A stretch of DNA of 64,000 nt from Eledone cirrhosa (lineage: Eukaryota): contig OZ024752.1 of assembly GCA_964016885.1 (NCBI GenBank), positions 23,374,001 through 23,438,000 of the forward strand. Direction: 5' to 3'. The notes below the pieces were generated by a model, which searched no databases, was not told the DNA's origin, and worked only from the letters and a program-made list of their open reading frames with translations. The translations under genes and the position numbers were made by a program. Below, piece by piece: positions 28,950 through 45,301 of this stretch. Numbering within the stretch: position 1 is the first letter of the stretch; each line of letters starts with the position of its first letter.

Positions 28950-31900
28950 ATTCTATCTGACGTTCTAACGACTGTCGTTCTATCTGACGTCCTAGCGACT
29001 GTCATTCTATTTCATGTTCTAAAGACTGTCATTCTATCTGACATTCTAGCACTGTCATTCTATCTGACGTTCTAGCGACTGTCATTCTATCTGACGTTCT
29101 AGCCACTGTAATTCTATCTGACATTCTACCGACTGTAATTCTATCTGACGTTCTAACGACTGTCATTCTATCTGACGTTCTAACAACTGTCATTCTATCT
29201 AACGTTCTAACGACTGTCATTATATCTGACGTTCTAGCGACTGTCATTCTATCTGACATTCTAACGACTGTCATTCTATCTGACGTTCTAACGACTGTCA
29301 TTCTACCTGACGTTCTAGCGACTGTCATTCTATCTGAAGTTCTAACGACTGTCATTTTATCTGATGTGCTAACGATGCCATTCTATCTGACGTTCTAGCG
29401 ACTGTAACTTTATCTGACGTGCGAACGACTGCCATTCTACCTGACGTTCTAGCGACTGTCATTCTATGTGACGTTCTAACAACTGTCATTCTACCTGACG
29501 TTCTAACGATTGTCATTCTATCTGACGTTCTAACCACTGTCATTCTATCTGACGTTTCTAGCGACAGTCATTCCATCTGACTTTCTAACGACTGTCATTC
29601 TATCTGATGTTCTAACGACTGTCATTCTATCTGACATTCTAGCAACTGTCATTCTAACTGACGTTCTAACAACTGTCATTCTATCTAACGTTCTAACGAC
29701 AGTCATTATATCTGACGTTCTAGCGACTGTCAGTCTATCTGACGTTCTTACAACTGTCATTCTATCTTCCGTTTTAGAGACTGTCATTCTATGTTACGTT
29801 CTAACAACTGTGAGTCGTTCTGACGTTCTAACGATTGTCATTCTCTCTGACATTCTAGCGAGTGTCATTCTATCTGACGTTCTAACGACTGTCAATCTCT
29901 CTGACGTTCTGGCGACTGTCATTCTACCTGACGTTCTAACGACTGTCATACTAGCTGACGTTCTTACCACTGTCATTCTATCTGACGTTCTAGCGACTGT
30001 CATTCTATCTGACGTTCTAGCGATTGTCATCCTATCTGACGTTCTAACGACTGTCATTCTATCTGACGTTCTAACAAATGTCCTCCTATCTGACGTCCTA
30101 GCGACTGTCATTCTACCTGACGTTCTAGCGACTGTCATTCTATCTGACGTTCTACCAATGTCATTCTATCTGATGTTCTAACGACTGTCATACTATCTGA
30201 CGTTCTAACCACTGTCATTCTATCAGACATTCTAGCGATTGTCATCCTATCTGACGTTCTAACGACTGTCATTCTATCTGACGTTCTAACGAATGTCATT
30301 CTATCTGAGGTCCTAGCGACTGTCATTCTATCTGACGTTCTAACGACTGTCATTTTATCTGACGTTCTAACGACTGTCATTCTATCTGACGTTCTAACGA
30401 CTGTCGTTCTATCTGACGTTCTAGCGACTGTCATTCTATCTGACGTTCTAACAACTGTAATTCTATCTGAATTTATAACGACTGTCATTCTATCTGACGT
30501 TCTAACGACTGTAAATCTATCGGACGTTCTAACGCCTGTCATTCTAACTGACGTTCTAACAACTGTCATTCTATCTAACGTTCTAACGACAGTCATTATA
30601 TCTGACGTTCTAGCGACTGTCAGTCTATCTGACGTTCTTACAACTGTCATTCTATCTTCCGTTTTAGAGACTGTCATTCTATCTTACGTTCTAACAACTG
30701 TGAGTCGATCTGACGTTCTAACGATTGTCATTCTATCTGACATTCTAGCGAGTGTCATTCTATCTGACGTTCTAACGACTGTCAATCTCTCTGACGTTCT
30801 GGCGACTGTCATTCTACCTGACGTTCTAACGACTGTCATACTATCTGACGTTCTTACCACTGTCATTCTATCTAACGTTCTAGCGACTATCATTCTATCT
30901 GACGTTCTACCAATGTCATTATATCTGATGTTCTAACGACTGTCATACTATCTGACGTTCTAACCACTGTCATTCTATCAGACATTCTAGCTATTGTCAT
31001 CCTATCTGACGTTCTAACGACTGTCATTCTATCTGACGTTCTAACGAATGTCATTCTATCTGAGGTCCTAGCGACTGTCATTCTATCTGACGTTCTAACG
31101 ACTGTCATTTTATCTGACGTTCTAACGACTGTCATTCTATCTGACGTTCTAGCGACTGTCGTTCTATCTGACGTTCTAGCGACTGTCATTCTTTCTGACG
31201 TTCTAACAATTGTAATTCTATCTGACGTTCTAACGACTGTAATTCTATCTGACGTTCTAACGACTGTCATTCTATCTGAATTTATAACGACTGTCATTCT
31301 ATCTGACGTTCTAACCACTGTCATTCTCTCTGACGTTCTAGCGACTGTCATTCTATCTGAAGTTCTAGCTATTGTCATCCTATCTGACGTTCTAGCAACT
31401 GTCAGTCTATCTGACGTTCCACCGACTGTTATTCTATCTGACGTCCTAGCGACTGTCATTTTATCTGACGTTCTAACGACTGTCATTCTATCTGACGTTC
31501 TAACCACTGTCATTCAATCTGACATTCTAATGACTCATTTTATCAGACGTTCTAACGACTGTCGTTCTATCTGACGTTCTAGCGACTGTCATTCTATTTC
31601 ATGTTCTAAAGACTGTCATTCTATCTGACATTCTAGCACTGTCATTCTATCTGACGTTCTAGCGACTGTCATTCTATCTGACGTTCTAACCACTGTAATT
31701 CTATCTGACATTCTACCGACTGTAATTCTATCTGACGTTCTAACGACTGTCATTCTATCTGACGTTCTAACAACTGTCATTCTATCTAACGTTCTAACGA
31801 CTGTCATTATATCTGACGTTCTAGCGACTGTCATTCGATCTGACATTCTAACGACTGTCATTCTATCTGACGTTCTAGCGACTGTCATTCTACCTGACGT

Positions 31901-34900
31901 TCTAGCGACTGTCATTCTATCTGAAGTTCTAACGACTGTCATTTTATCTGATGTGCTAACGATGCCATTCTATCTGACGTTCTAGCGACTGTAACTTTAT
32001 CTGACGTGCTAACGACTGCCATTCTACCTGACGTTCTAGCGACTGTCATTCTATGTGACGTTCTAACAACTGTCATTCTACCTGACGTTCTAACGATTGT
32101 CATTCTATCTGACGTTCTAACCACTGTCATTCTATCTGACGTTCTAGCGACAGTCATTCCATCTGACTTTCTAACGACTGTCATTCTATCTGATGTTCTA
32201 ACGACTGTCATTCTATCTGACATTCTAGCAACTGTCATTCTAACTGACGTTCTAACAACTGTCATTCTATCTAACGTTCTAACGACAGTCATTATATCTG
32301 ACGTTCTAGCGACTGTCAGTCTATCTGACGTTCTTACAACTGTCATTCTATCTTCCGTTTTAGAGACTGTCATTCTATCTTACGTTCTAACAACTGTGAG
32401 TCGATCTGACGTTCTAACGATTGTCATTCTCTCTGACATTCTAGCGAGTGTCATTCTATCTGACGTTCTAACGACTGTCAATCTCTCTGACGTTCTGGCG
32501 ACTGTCATTCTACCTGACGTTCTAACGACTGTCATACTAGCTGACGTTCTTACCACTGTCATTCTATCTGACGTTCTAGCGACTGTCATTCTATCTGACG
32601 TTCTAGCGATTGTCATCCTATCTGACGTTCTAACGACTGTCATTCTATCTGACGTTCTAACAAATGTCCTCCTATCTGACGTCCTAGCGACTGTCATTCT
32701 ACCTGACGTTCTAGCGACTGTCATTCTATCTGACGTTCTACCAATGTCATTCTATCTGATGTTCTAACGACTGTCATACTATCTGACGTTCTAACCACTG
32801 TCATTCTATCAGACATTCTAGCGATTGTCATCCTATCTGACGTTCTAACGACTGTCATTCTATCTGACGTTCTAACGAATGTCATTCTATCTGAGGTCCT
32901 AGCGACTGTCATTCTATCTGACGTTCTAACGACTGTCATTTTATCTGACGTTCTAACGACTGTCATTCTATCTGACGTTCTAACGACTGTCGTTCTATCT
33001 GACGTTCTAGCGACTGTCATTCTATCTGACGTTCTAACAACTGTAATTCTATCTGAATTTATAACGACTGTCATTCTATCTGACGTTCTAACGACTGTAA
33101 ATCTATCGGACGTTCTAACGCCTGTCATTCTAACTGACGTTCTAACAACTGTCATTCTATCTAACGTTCTAACGACAGTCATTATATCTGACGTTCTAGC
33201 GACTGTCAGTCTATCTGACGTTCTTACAACTGTCATTCTATCTTCCGTTTTAGAGACTGTCATTCTATCTTACGTTCTAACAACTGTGAGTCGATCTGAC
33301 GTTCTAACGATTGTCATTCTATCTGACATTCTAGCGAGTGTCATTCTATCTGACGTTCTAACGACTGTCAATCTCTCTGACGTTCTGGCGACTGTCATTC
33401 TACCTGACGTTCTAACGACTGTCATACTATCTGACGTTCTTACCACTGTCATTCTATCTAACGTTCTAGCGACTATCATTCTATCTGACGTTCTACCAAT
33501 GACATTCTATCTGATGTTCTAACGACTGTCATACTATCTGACGTTCTAACCACTGTCATTCTATCAGACATTCTAGCTATTGTCATCCTATCTGACGTTC
33601 TAACGACTGTCATTCTATCTGACGTTCTAACGAATGTCATTCTATCAGAGGTCCTAGCGACTGTCATTCTATCTGACGTTCTAACGACTGTCATTTTATC
33701 TGACGTTCTAACGACTGTCATTCTATCTGACGTTCTAGCGACTGTCGTTCTATCTGACGTTCTAGCGACTGTCATTCTTTCTGACGTTCTAACAACTGTA
33801 ATTCTATCTGACGTTCTAACGACTGTAATTCTATCTGACGTTCTAACGACTGTCATTCTATCTGAATTTATAACGACTGTCATTCTATCTGACGTTCTAA
33901 CCACTGTCATTCTCTCTGACGTTCTAGCGACTGTCATTCTATCTGAAGTTCTAGCTATTGTCATCCTATCTGACGTTCTAGCAACTGTCAGTCTATCTGA
34001 CGTTCCACCGACTGTTATTCTATCTGACGTCCTAGCGACTGTCATTTTATCTGACGTTCTAACGACTGTCATTCTATCTGACGTTCTAACCACTGTCATT
34101 CAATCTGACGTTCTAATGACTCATTTTATCAGACGTTCTAACGACTGTCGTTCTATCTGACGTTCTAGCGACTGTCATTCTATTTCATGTTCTAAAGACT
34201 GTCATTCTATCTGACATTCTAGCGACTGTCATTCTATCTGACGTTCTAGCGACTGTCATTCTATCTGACGTTCTAACCACTGTAATTCTATCTGACATTC
34301 TACCGACTGTAATTCTATCTGACGTTCTAACGACTGTCATTCTATCTGACGTTCTAACAACTGTCATTCTATCTAACGTTCTAACGACTGTCATTATATC
34401 TGACGTTCTAGCGACTGTCATTCTATCTGACATTCTAACGACTGTCATTCTATCTGACGTTCTAGCGACTGTCATTCTACCTGACGTTCTAGCGACTGTC
34501 ATTCTATCTGAAGTTCTAACGACTGTCATTTTATCTGATGTGCTAACGATGCCATTCTATCTGACGTTCTAGCGACTGTAACTTTATCTGACGTGCTAAC
34601 GACTGCCATTCTACCTGACGTTCTAGCGACTGTCATTCTATGTGACGTTCTAACAACTGTCATTCTACCTGACGTTCTAACGATTGTCATTCTATCTGAC
34701 GTTCTAACCACTGTCATTCTATCTGACGTTCTAGCGACAGTCATTCCATCTGACTTTCTAACGACTGTCATTCTATCTGATGTTCTAACGACTGTCATTC
34801 TATCTGACATTCTAGCAACTGTCATTCTAACTGACGTTCTAACAACTGTCATTCTATCTAACGTTCTAACGACAGTCATTATATCTGACGTTCTAGCGAC

Positions 34901-35100
34901 TGTCAGTCTATCTGACGTTCTTACAACTGTCATTCTATCTTCCGTTTTAGAGACTGTCATTCTATCTTACGTTCTAACAACTGTGAGTCGATCTGACGTT
35001 CTAACGATTGTCATTCTCTCTGACATTCTAGCGAGTGTCATTCTATCTGACGTTCTAACGACTGTCAATCTCTCTCACGTTCTGGTGACTGTCATTCTAC
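28950..35100. repeat. Tandem higher-order repeat, unit 2586-2587 bp (about 96 monomers), about 2.4 copies
   Basis: Landmarks 29352/31939/34526, 29794/32380, 30135/32721, 30684/33270 and 30890/33476. Confidence 0.88.
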
Positions 35101-38100
35101 CTGACGTTCTAACGACTGTCATACTATCTGACGTTCTTACCACTGTCATTCTATCTGACGTTCTAGCGACTGTCATTCTATTTGACGTTCTAGCGATTGT
35201 CATCCTATCTGACGTTCTAACGACTGTCATTCTATCTGACGTTCTAACGAATGTCATTCTATCTGAGGTCCTAGCGACTGTCATTCTATCTGACGTTCTA
35301 ACGACTGTCATTTTATCTGACGTTCTAACGACTGTCATTCTATCTGACGTTCTAGCGACTGTCGTTCTATCTGACGTTCTAGCGACTGTCATTCTATCTG
35401 ACGTTCTAACAACTGTAATTCTATCTGACGTTCTAACGACTGTAATTCTATTTGACGTTCTAACGACTGTCATTCTATCTGAATTTATAACGACTGTCAT
35501 TCTATCTGACGTTCTAACGACTGTCATTCTATCTGACGTTCTAACCACTGTCATTCAATCTGACGTTCTAATGACTCATTTTATCAGACGTTCTAACGAC
35601 TGTCGTTCTATCTGACGTTCTAGCGACTGTCATTCTATTTCATGTTCTAAAGACTGTCATTCTATCTCACATTCTAGCGACTGTCATTCTATCTGACGTT
35701 CTAGCGACTGTCATTCTATCTGACGTTCTAACCACTGTAATTCTATTTGATATTCTACCGAATGTAATTCTATCTGACGTTCTAACGACTGTCATTCTAT
35801 CTGACGTTCTAACAACTGTCATTCTATCTAACGTTCTAACGACTGTCATTATATCTGACGTTCTAGTGACTGTCATTCTATCTGACATTCTAACGACTGT
35901 CATTCTATCTGACGTTCTAGCGACTGTCATTCTACCTGACGTTCTAGCGACTGTCATTCTATCTGACGTTCTAACGACTGTCATTTTATCTGATGTGCTA
36001 ACGATGCCATTCTATCTGACGTTCTAGCGACTGTAACTTTATCTGACGTGCTAACGACTGCCATTCTACCTGACGTTCTAGCGACTGTCATTCTATGTGA
36101 CGTTCTAACAACTGTCATTCTACCTGACGTTCTAACGATTGTCATTCTATCTGACGTTCTAACCACTGTCATTCTATCTGACGTTCTAGCGACAGTCATT
36201 CCATCTGACTTTCTAACGACTGTCATTCTATCTGATGTTCTAACGACTGTCATTCTATCTGACATTCTAGCAACTGTCATTCTATCTGACGTTCTAACCA
36301 CTGTCATTCTATCTGACGTTATAGCGACTGTCATTCTACCTGACGTTCTAGCGACTGTCATTCTATCTGACGTTCTAGCGACTGTCATTCTATTTGATGT
36401 TCTAACCACTGTAATTCTATCTGACGTTTTAACGACTGTCGTTCTATCTGACGTTCTAGCGACTGTCATTCTATGTGACGTTCTAACAACTGTCATTCTA
36501 CCTGACGTTCTAACGATTGTCATTCTATCTGACGTTCTAACCACTGTCATTCTATCTGACGTTCTAGCGACAGTCATTCCATCTGACTTTCTAACGACTG
36601 TCATTCTATCTGATGTTCTAACGACTGTCATTCTATCTGACATTCTAGCAACTGTCATTCTAACTGACGTTCTAACAACTGTCATTCTATCTAACGTTCT
36701 AACGACAGTCATTATATCTGACGTTCTAGCGACTGTCAGTCTATCTGACGTTCTTACAACTGTCATTCTATCTTCCGTTTTAGAGACTGTCATTCTATCT
36801 TACGTTCTAACAACTGTGAGTCGATCTGACGTTCTAACGATTGTCATTCTCTCTGACATTCTAGCGAGTGTCATTCTATCTGACGTTCTAACGACTGTCA
36901 ATCTCTCTGACGTTCTGGCGACTGTCATTCTACCTGACGTTCTAACGACTGTCATACTAGCTGACGTTCTTACCACTGTCATTCTATCTGACGTTCTAGC
37001 GACTGTCATTCTATCTGACGTTCTAGCGATTGTCATCCTATCTGACGTTCTAACGACTGTCATTCTATCTGACGTTCTAACAAATGTCCTCCTATCTGAC
37101 GTCCTAGCGACTGTCATTCTACCTGACGTTCTAGCGACTGTCATTCTATCTGACGTTCTACCAATGTCATTCTATCTGATGTTCTAACGACTGTCATACT
37201 ATCTGACGTTCTAACCACTGTCATTCTATCAGACATTCTAGCGATTGTCATCCTATCTGACGTTCTAACGACTGTCATTCTATCTGACGTTCTAACGAAT
37301 GTCATTCTATCTGAGGTCCTAGCGACTGTCATTCTATCTGACGTTCTAACGACTGTCATTTTATCTGACGTTCTAACGACTGTCATTCTATCTGACGTTC
37401 TAACGACTGTCGTTCTATCTGACGTTCTAGCGACTGTCATTCTATCTGACGTTCTAACAACTGTAATTCTATCTGAATTTATAACGACTGTCATTCTATC
37501 TGACGTTCTAACGACTGTAAATCTATCGGACGTTCTAACGCCTGTCATTCTAACTGACGTTCTAACAACTGTCATTCTATCTAACGTTCTAACGACAGTC
37601 ATTATATCTGACGTTCTAGCGACTGTCAGTCTATCTGACGTTCTTACAACTGTCATTCTATCTTCCGTTTTAGAGACTGTCATTCTATCTTACGTTCTAA
37701 CAACTGTGAGTCGATCTGACGTTCTAACGATTGTCATTCTATCTGACATTCTAGCGAGTGTCATTCTATCTGACGTTCTAACGACTGTCAATCTCTCTGA
37801 CGTTCTGGCGACTGTCATTCTACCTGACGTTCTAACGACTGTCATACTATCTGACGTTCTTACCACTGTCATTCTATCTAACGTTCTAGCGACTATCATT
37901 CTATCTGACGTTCTACCAATGACATTCTATCTGATGTTCTAACGACTGTCATACTATCTGACGTTCTAACCACTGTCATTCTATCAGACATTCTAGCTAT
38001 TGTCATCCTATCTGACGTTCTAACGACTGTCATTCTATCTGACGTTCTAACGAATGTCATTCTATCAGAGGTCCTAGCGACTGTCATTCTATCTGACGTT

Positions 38101-40700
38101 CTAACGACTGTCATTTTATCTGACGTTCTAACGACTGTCATTCTATCTGACGTTCTAGCGACTGTCGTTCTATCTGACGTTCTAGCGACTGTCATTCTTT
38201 CTGACGTTCTAACAACTGTAATTCTATCTGACGTTCTAACGACTGTAATTCTATCTGACGTTCTAACGACTGTCATTCTATCTGAATTTATAACGACTGT
38301 CATTCTATCTGACGTTCTAACCACTGTCATTCTCTCTGACGTTCTAGCGACTGTCATTCTATCTGAAGTTCTAGCTATTGTCATCCTATCTGACGTTCTA
38401 GCAACTGTCAGTCTATCTGACGTTCCACCGACTGTTATTCTATCTGACGTCCTAGCGACTGTCATTTTATCTGACGTTTTAACGACTGTCATTCTATCTG
38501 ACGTTCTAACCACTGTCATTCAATCTGACGTTCTAATGACTCATTTTATCAGACGTTCTAACGACTGTCGTTCTATCTGACGTTCTAGCGACTGTCATTC
38601 TATTTCATGTTCTAAAGACTGTCATTCTATCTGACATTCTAGCGACTGTCATTCTATCTGACGTTCTAGCGACTGTCATTCTATCTGACGTTCTAACCAC
38701 TGTAATTCTATCTGACATTCTACCGACTGTAATTCTATCTGACGTTCTAACGACTGTCATTCTATCTGACGTTCTAACAACTGTCATTCTATCTAACGTT
38801 CTAACGACTGTCATTATATCTGACGTTCTAGCGACTGTCATTCTATCTGACATTCTAACGACTGTCATTCTATCTGACGTTCTAGCGACTGTCATTCTAC
38901 CTGACGTTCTAGCGACTGTCATTCTATCTGAAGTTCTAACGACTGTCATTTTATCTGATGTGCTAACGATGCCATTCTATCTGACGTTCTAGCGACTGTA
39001 ACTTTATCTGACGTGCTAACGACTGCCATTCTACCTGACGTTCTAGCGACTGTCATTCTATGTGACGTTCTAACAACTGTCATTCTACCTGACGTTCTAA
39101 CGATTGTCATTCTATCTGACGTTCTAACCACTGTCATTCTATCTGACGTTCTAGCGACAGTCATTCCATCTGACTTTCTAACGACTGTCATTCTATCTGA
39201 TGTTCTAACGACTGTCATTCTATCTGACATTCTAGCAACTGTCATTCTAACTGACGTTCTAACAACTGTCATTCTATCTAACGTTCTAACGACAGTCATT
39301 ATATCTGACGTTCTAGCGACTGTCAGTCTATCTGACGTTCTTACAACTGTCATTCTATCTTCCGTTTTAGAGACTGTCATTCTATCTTACGTTCTAACAA
39401 CTGTGAGTCGATCTGACGTTCTAACGATTGTCATTCTCTCTGACATTCTAGCGAGTGTCATTCTATCTGACGTTCTAACGACTGTCAATCTCTCTCACGT
39501 TCTGGTGACTGTCATTCTACCTGACGTTCTAACGACTGTCATACTATCTGACGTTCTTACCACTGTCATTCTATCTGACGTTCTAGCGACTGTCATTCTA
39601 TTTGACGTTCTAGCGATTGTCATCCTATCTGACGTTCTAACGACTGTCATTCTATCTGACGTTCTAACGAATGTCATTCTATCTGAGGTCCTAGCGACTG
39701 TCATTCTATCTGACGTTCTAACGACTGTCATTTTATCTGACGTTCTAACGACTGTCATTCTATCTGACGTTCTAGCGACTGTCGTTCTATCTGACGTTCT
39801 AGCGACTGTCATTCTATCTGACGTTCTAACAACTGTAATTCTATCTGACGTTCTAACGACTGTAATTCTATTTGACGTTCTAACGACTGTCATTCTATCT
39901 GAATTTATAACGACTGTCATTCTATCTGACGTTCTAACGACTGTCATTCTATCTGACGTTCTAACCACTGTCATTCAATCTGACGTTCTAATGACTCATT
40001 TTATCAGACGTTCTAACGACTGTCGTTCTATCTGACGTTCTAGCGACTGTCATTCTATTTCATGTTCTAAAGACTGTCATTCTATCTCACATTCTAGCGA
40101 CTGTCATTCTATCTGACGTTCTAGCGACTGTCATTCTATCTGACGTTCTAACCACTGTAATTCTATTTGATATTCTACCGAATGTAATTCTATCTGACGT
40201 TCTAACGACTGTCATTCTATCTGACGTTCTAACAACTGTCATTCTATCTAACGTTCTAACGACTGTCATTATATCTGACGTTCTAGTGACTGTCATTCTA
40301 TCTGACATTCTAACGACTGTCATTCTATCTGACGTTCTAGCGACTGTCATTCTACCTGACGTTCTAGCGACTGTCATTCTATCTGACGTTCTAACGACTG
40401 TCATTTTATCTGATGTGCTAACGATGCCATTCTATCTGACGTTCTAGCGACTGTAACTTTATCTGACGTGCTAACGACTGCCATTCTACCTGACGTTCTA
40501 GCGACTGTCATTCTATGTGACGTTCTAACAACTGTCATTCTACCTGACGTTCTAACGATTGTCATTCTATCTGACGTTCTAACCACTGTCATTCTATCTG
40601 ACGTTCTAGCGACAGTCATTCCATCTGACTTTCTAACGACTGTCATTCTATCTGATGTTCTAACGACTGTCATTCTATCTGACATTCTAGCAACTGTCAT
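32040..40700. repeat. Tandem higher-order duplication, offset 4420 bp (about 164 monomers)
   Basis: Landmarks 32380/36800, 32721/37141, 33270/37690, 33476/37896, 34185/38605, 34526/38946 and 35981/40401 all differ by 4420. Confidence 0.88.
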
Positions 40701-43700
40701 TCTAACTGACGTTCTAACAACTGTCATTCTATCTAACGTTCTAACGACAGTCATTATATCTGACGTTCTAGCGACTGTCAGTCTATCTGACGTTCTTACA
40801 ACTGTCATTCTATCTTCCGTTTTAGAGACTGTCATTCTATCTTACGTTCTAACAACTGTGAGTCGATCTGACGTTCTAACGATTGTCATTCTCTCTGACA
40901 TTCTAGCGAGTGTCATTCTATCTGACGTTCTAACGACTGTCAATCTCTCTCACGTTCTGGTGACTGTCATTCTACCTGACGTTCTAACGACTGTCATACT
41001 ATCTGACGTTCTTACCACTGTCATTCTATCTGACGTTCTAGCGACTGTCATTCTATTTGACGTTCTAGCGATTGTCATCCTATCTGACGTTCTAACGACT
41101 GTCATTCTATCTGACGTTCTAACGAATGTCATTCTATCTGAGGTCCTAGCGACTGTCATTCTATCTGACGTTCTAACGACTGTCATTTTATCTGACGTTC
41201 TAACGACTGTCATTCTATCTGACGTTCTAGCGACTGTCGTTCTATCTGACGTTCTAGCGACTGTCATTCTATCTGACGTTCTAACAACTGTAATTCTATC
41301 TGACGTTCTAACGACTGTAATTCTATTTGACGTTCTAACGACTGTCATTCTATCTGAATTTATAACGACTGTCATTCTATCTGACGTTCTAACGACTGTC
41401 ATTCTATCTGACGTTCTAACCACTGTCATTCAATCTGACGTTCTAATGACTCATTTTATCAGACGTTCTAACGACTGTCGTTCTATCTGACGTTCTAGCG
41501 ACTGTCATTCTATTTCATGTTCTAAAGACTGTCATTCTATCTCACATTCTAGCGACTGTCATTCTATCTGACGTTCTAGCGACTGTCATTCTATCTGACG
41601 TTCTAACCACTGTAATTCTATTTGATATTCTACCGAATGTAATTCTATCTGACGTTCTAACGACTGTCATTCTATCTGACGTTCTAACAACTGTCATTCT
41701 ATCTAACGTTCTAACGACTGTCATTATATCTGACGTTCTAGTGACTGTCATTCTATCTGACATTCTAACGACTGTCATTCTATCTGACGTTCTAGCGACT
41801 GTCATTCTACCTGACGTTCTAGCGACTGTCATTCTATCTGACGTTCTAACGACTGTCATTTTATCTGATGTGCTAACGATGCCATTCTATCTGACGTTCT
41901 AGCGACTGTAACTTTATCTGACGTGCTAACGACTGCCATTCTACCTGACGTTCTAGCGACTGTCATTCTATGTGACGTTCTAACAACTGTCATTCTACCT
42001 GACGTTCTAACGATTGTCATTCTATCTGACGTTCTAACCACTGTCATTCTATCTGACGTTCTAGCGACAGTCATTCCATCTGACTTTCTAACGACTGTCA
42101 TTCTATCTGATGTTCTAACGACTGTCATTCTATCTGACATTCTAGCAACTGTCATTCTATCTGACGTTCTAACCACTGTCATTCTATCTGACGTTATAGC
42201 GACTGTCATTCTACCTGACGTTCTAGCGACTGTCATTCTATCTGACGTTCTAGCGACTGTCATTCTATTTGATGTTCTAACCACTGTAATTCTATCTGAC
42301 GTTTTAACGACTGTCGTTCTATCTGACGTTCTAGCGACTGTCATTCTATCTGACGTTCTAACGACTGCCATTCTATCTGACGTTCTAACCAGTCATTCTA
42401 TCTGACGTTCTAGCGATGTCATTCTATCTTACGTTCTAACAACTGTCAGTATATCTGATGTTCTAACGACTATCATTCTATCTGATGTCCTAACGACTGT
42501 CATTCTATCTGACGTTCTAGCGACTGTCATTCTATCTGACGTTCTAACGACTGTAATTCTATCTGACGTTCTAACGACTGTCATTCTATCTCAATTTCTA
42601 ACGACTGTCATTCTATCTGACGTTCTAACCACTGTCATTCTCTCTGACGTTCTAGCGACTGTCATTCTATCTGACGTTCTAGCTATTGTCATCCTATCTG
42701 ACGTTCTAGCAACTGTCATTCTATCTGACGTTCCAACGACTGTTATTTTATCTGACGTCCTAGCGACTGTCATTTTATCTGACGTTCTAACGACTGTCAT
42801 TCTATCTGACGTTCTAACCACTGTCATTCTATCTGACGTTCTAACCACTGTCATTCAAACTGACGTTCTAATGACTGTCATTTTATCTGACGTTCTAACG
42901 ACTGTCGTTCTATCTGACGTTCTAGCGACCGTCATTCTATTTGACGTTCTAATGACTGCCATTCTATCTGACGTTCTAACCAGTCATTCTATTTGACGTT
43001 CTATCGATGTCATTCCATCTGACGTTCTAACGTCTGTCATTCTATCTGCCGTTTTAGAGACTGTCATTCTATCTTACGTTCTAACAACTTTGAGTCTATC
43101 TGACGTTCTAACGACTGTCATTCTATCTCACGTTCTAACCACTGTCATTCTATCACACGTTCTAGCGACTGTCATTCTATTTGATGTTCTAACGACTGTC
43201 ATTCTATCTGACGTTCTAACGACTGTCGTTCTATCTGACGTTCTAGCGACTGTCGTTCTATCTGACGTTCTAACGACTGCCATTCTATCTGACGTTCTTA
43301 CGACTGTCATTCTATCTTCCGTTTTAGAGACTGTCATTCTATCTTACGTTCTAACAACTGTGAGTCTATCTGACGTTCTAACGACTATCATTCTATCTGA
43401 TGTTCTAACGACTGTCATTCTATCTGACGTTCTAGCTAGTGTCATTCTATCTGACGTTCCAACGACTGTCATTCTATCTGACGTTCTAATGACTGTCATT
43501 CTATCTGACATTCTAGCGACTGTCATTCTATGTGACGTTCTAACCACTGTCATTCTATCTGACGATCTAGCGTCTGTTATTCTATCTGAATTCCTAATGA
43601 CTGTCATTCTATATCACGTTCTAACCACTGTCAATCTCTCTGACGTTCTGGCGACTGTCATTCTACCGGACGTTCTAACGACTGTCATACTATCTGACGT

Positions 43701-45301
43701 TCTTACCACTGGCATTCTATCTGACGTTCTAGCGACTGTCATTCTATCTGACATTCTAACGACTGTCATTCTATCTGACGTTCTAGCGACTGTCATTCTA
43801 CCTGACGTTCTAGCGACTGTCATTCTATCTGAAGTTCTAACGACTGTCATTTTATCTGATGTGCTAACGATGCCATTCTATCTGACGTTCTAGCGACTGT
43901 AACTTTATCTGACGTGCTAACGACTGCCATTCTACCTGACGTTCTAGCGACTGTCATTCTATGTGACGTTCTAACAACTGTCATTCTACCTGACGTTCTA
44001 ACGATTGTCATTCTATCTGACGTTCTAACCACTGTCATTCTATCTGACGTTCTAGCGACAGTCATTCCATCTGACTTTCTAACGACTGTCATTCTATCTG
44101 ATGTTCTAACGACTGTCATTCTATCTGACATTCTAGCAACTGTCATTCTAACTGACGTTCTAACAACTGTCATTCTATCTAACGTTCTAACGACAGTCAT
44201 TATATCTGACGTTCTAGCGACTGTCAGTCTATCTGACGTTCTTACAACTGTCATTCTATCTTCCGTTTTAGAGACTGTCATTCTATCTTACGTTCTAACA
44301 ACTGTGAGTCGATCTGACGTTCTAACGATTGTCATTCTCTCTGACATTCTAGCGAGTGTCATTCTATCTGACGTTCTAACGACTGTCAATCTCTCTCACG
44401 TTCTGGTGACTGTCATTCTACCTGACGTTCTAACGACTGTCATACTATCTGACGTTCTTACCACTGTCATTCTATCTGACGTTCTAGCGACTGTCATTCT
44501 ATTTGACGTTCTAGCGATTGTCATCCTATCTGACGTTCTAACGACTGTCATTCTATCTGACGTTCTAACGAATGTCATTCTATCTGAGGTCCTAGCGACT
44601 GTCATTCTATCTGACGTTCTAACGACTGTCATTTTATCTGACGTTCTAACGACTGTCATTCTATCTGACGTTCTAGCGACTGTCGTTCTATCTGACGTTC
44701 TAGCGACTGTCATTCTATCTGACGTTCTAACAACTGTAATTCTATCTGACGTTCTAACGACTGTAATTCTATTTGACGTTCTAACGACTGTCATTCTATC
44801 TGAATTTATAACGACTGTCATTCTATCTGACGTTCTAACGACTGTCATTCTATCTGACGTTCTAACCACTGTCATTCAATCTGACGTTCTAATGACTCAT
44901 TTTATCAGACGTTCTAACGACTGTCGTTCTATCTGACGTTCTAGCGACTGTCATTCTATTTCATGTTCTAAAGACTGTCATTCTATCTCACATTCTAGCG
45001 ACTGTCATTCTATCTGACGTTCTAGCGACTGTCATTCTATCTGACGTTCTAACCACTGTAATTCTATTTGACATTCTACCGAATGTAATTCTATCTGACG
45101 TTCTAACGACTGTCATTCTATCTGACGTTCTAACAACTGTCATTCTATCTAACGTTCTAACGACTGTCATTATATCTGACGTTCTAGTGACTGTCATTCT
45201 ATCTGACATTCTAACGACTGTCATTCTATCTGACGTTCTAGCGACTGTCATTCTACCTGACGTTCTAGCGACTGTCATTCTATCTGACGTTCTAACGACT
45301 G
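34526..45301. repeat. 1455-bp higher-order unit (54 monomers minus 3 bp), four near-identical copies at 34526-35980, 38946-40400, 40401-41855 and 43847-45301
   Basis: The same 340-aa artefact ORF occurs at 34593, 39013, 40468 and 43914. The gatgtgctaacgatgcc marker recurs at 1455-bp spacing, and the variants ctcacgttctggtg and taccgaatgt are shared. Confidence 0.9.

Noticed and set aside
29551-29560. Single 28-bp monomer (gacgtttcta)
   Set aside because: It is absent from the paralogous copies near 32.14 and 34.73 kb, and a homopolymer sequencing error is as likely as a real mutation.
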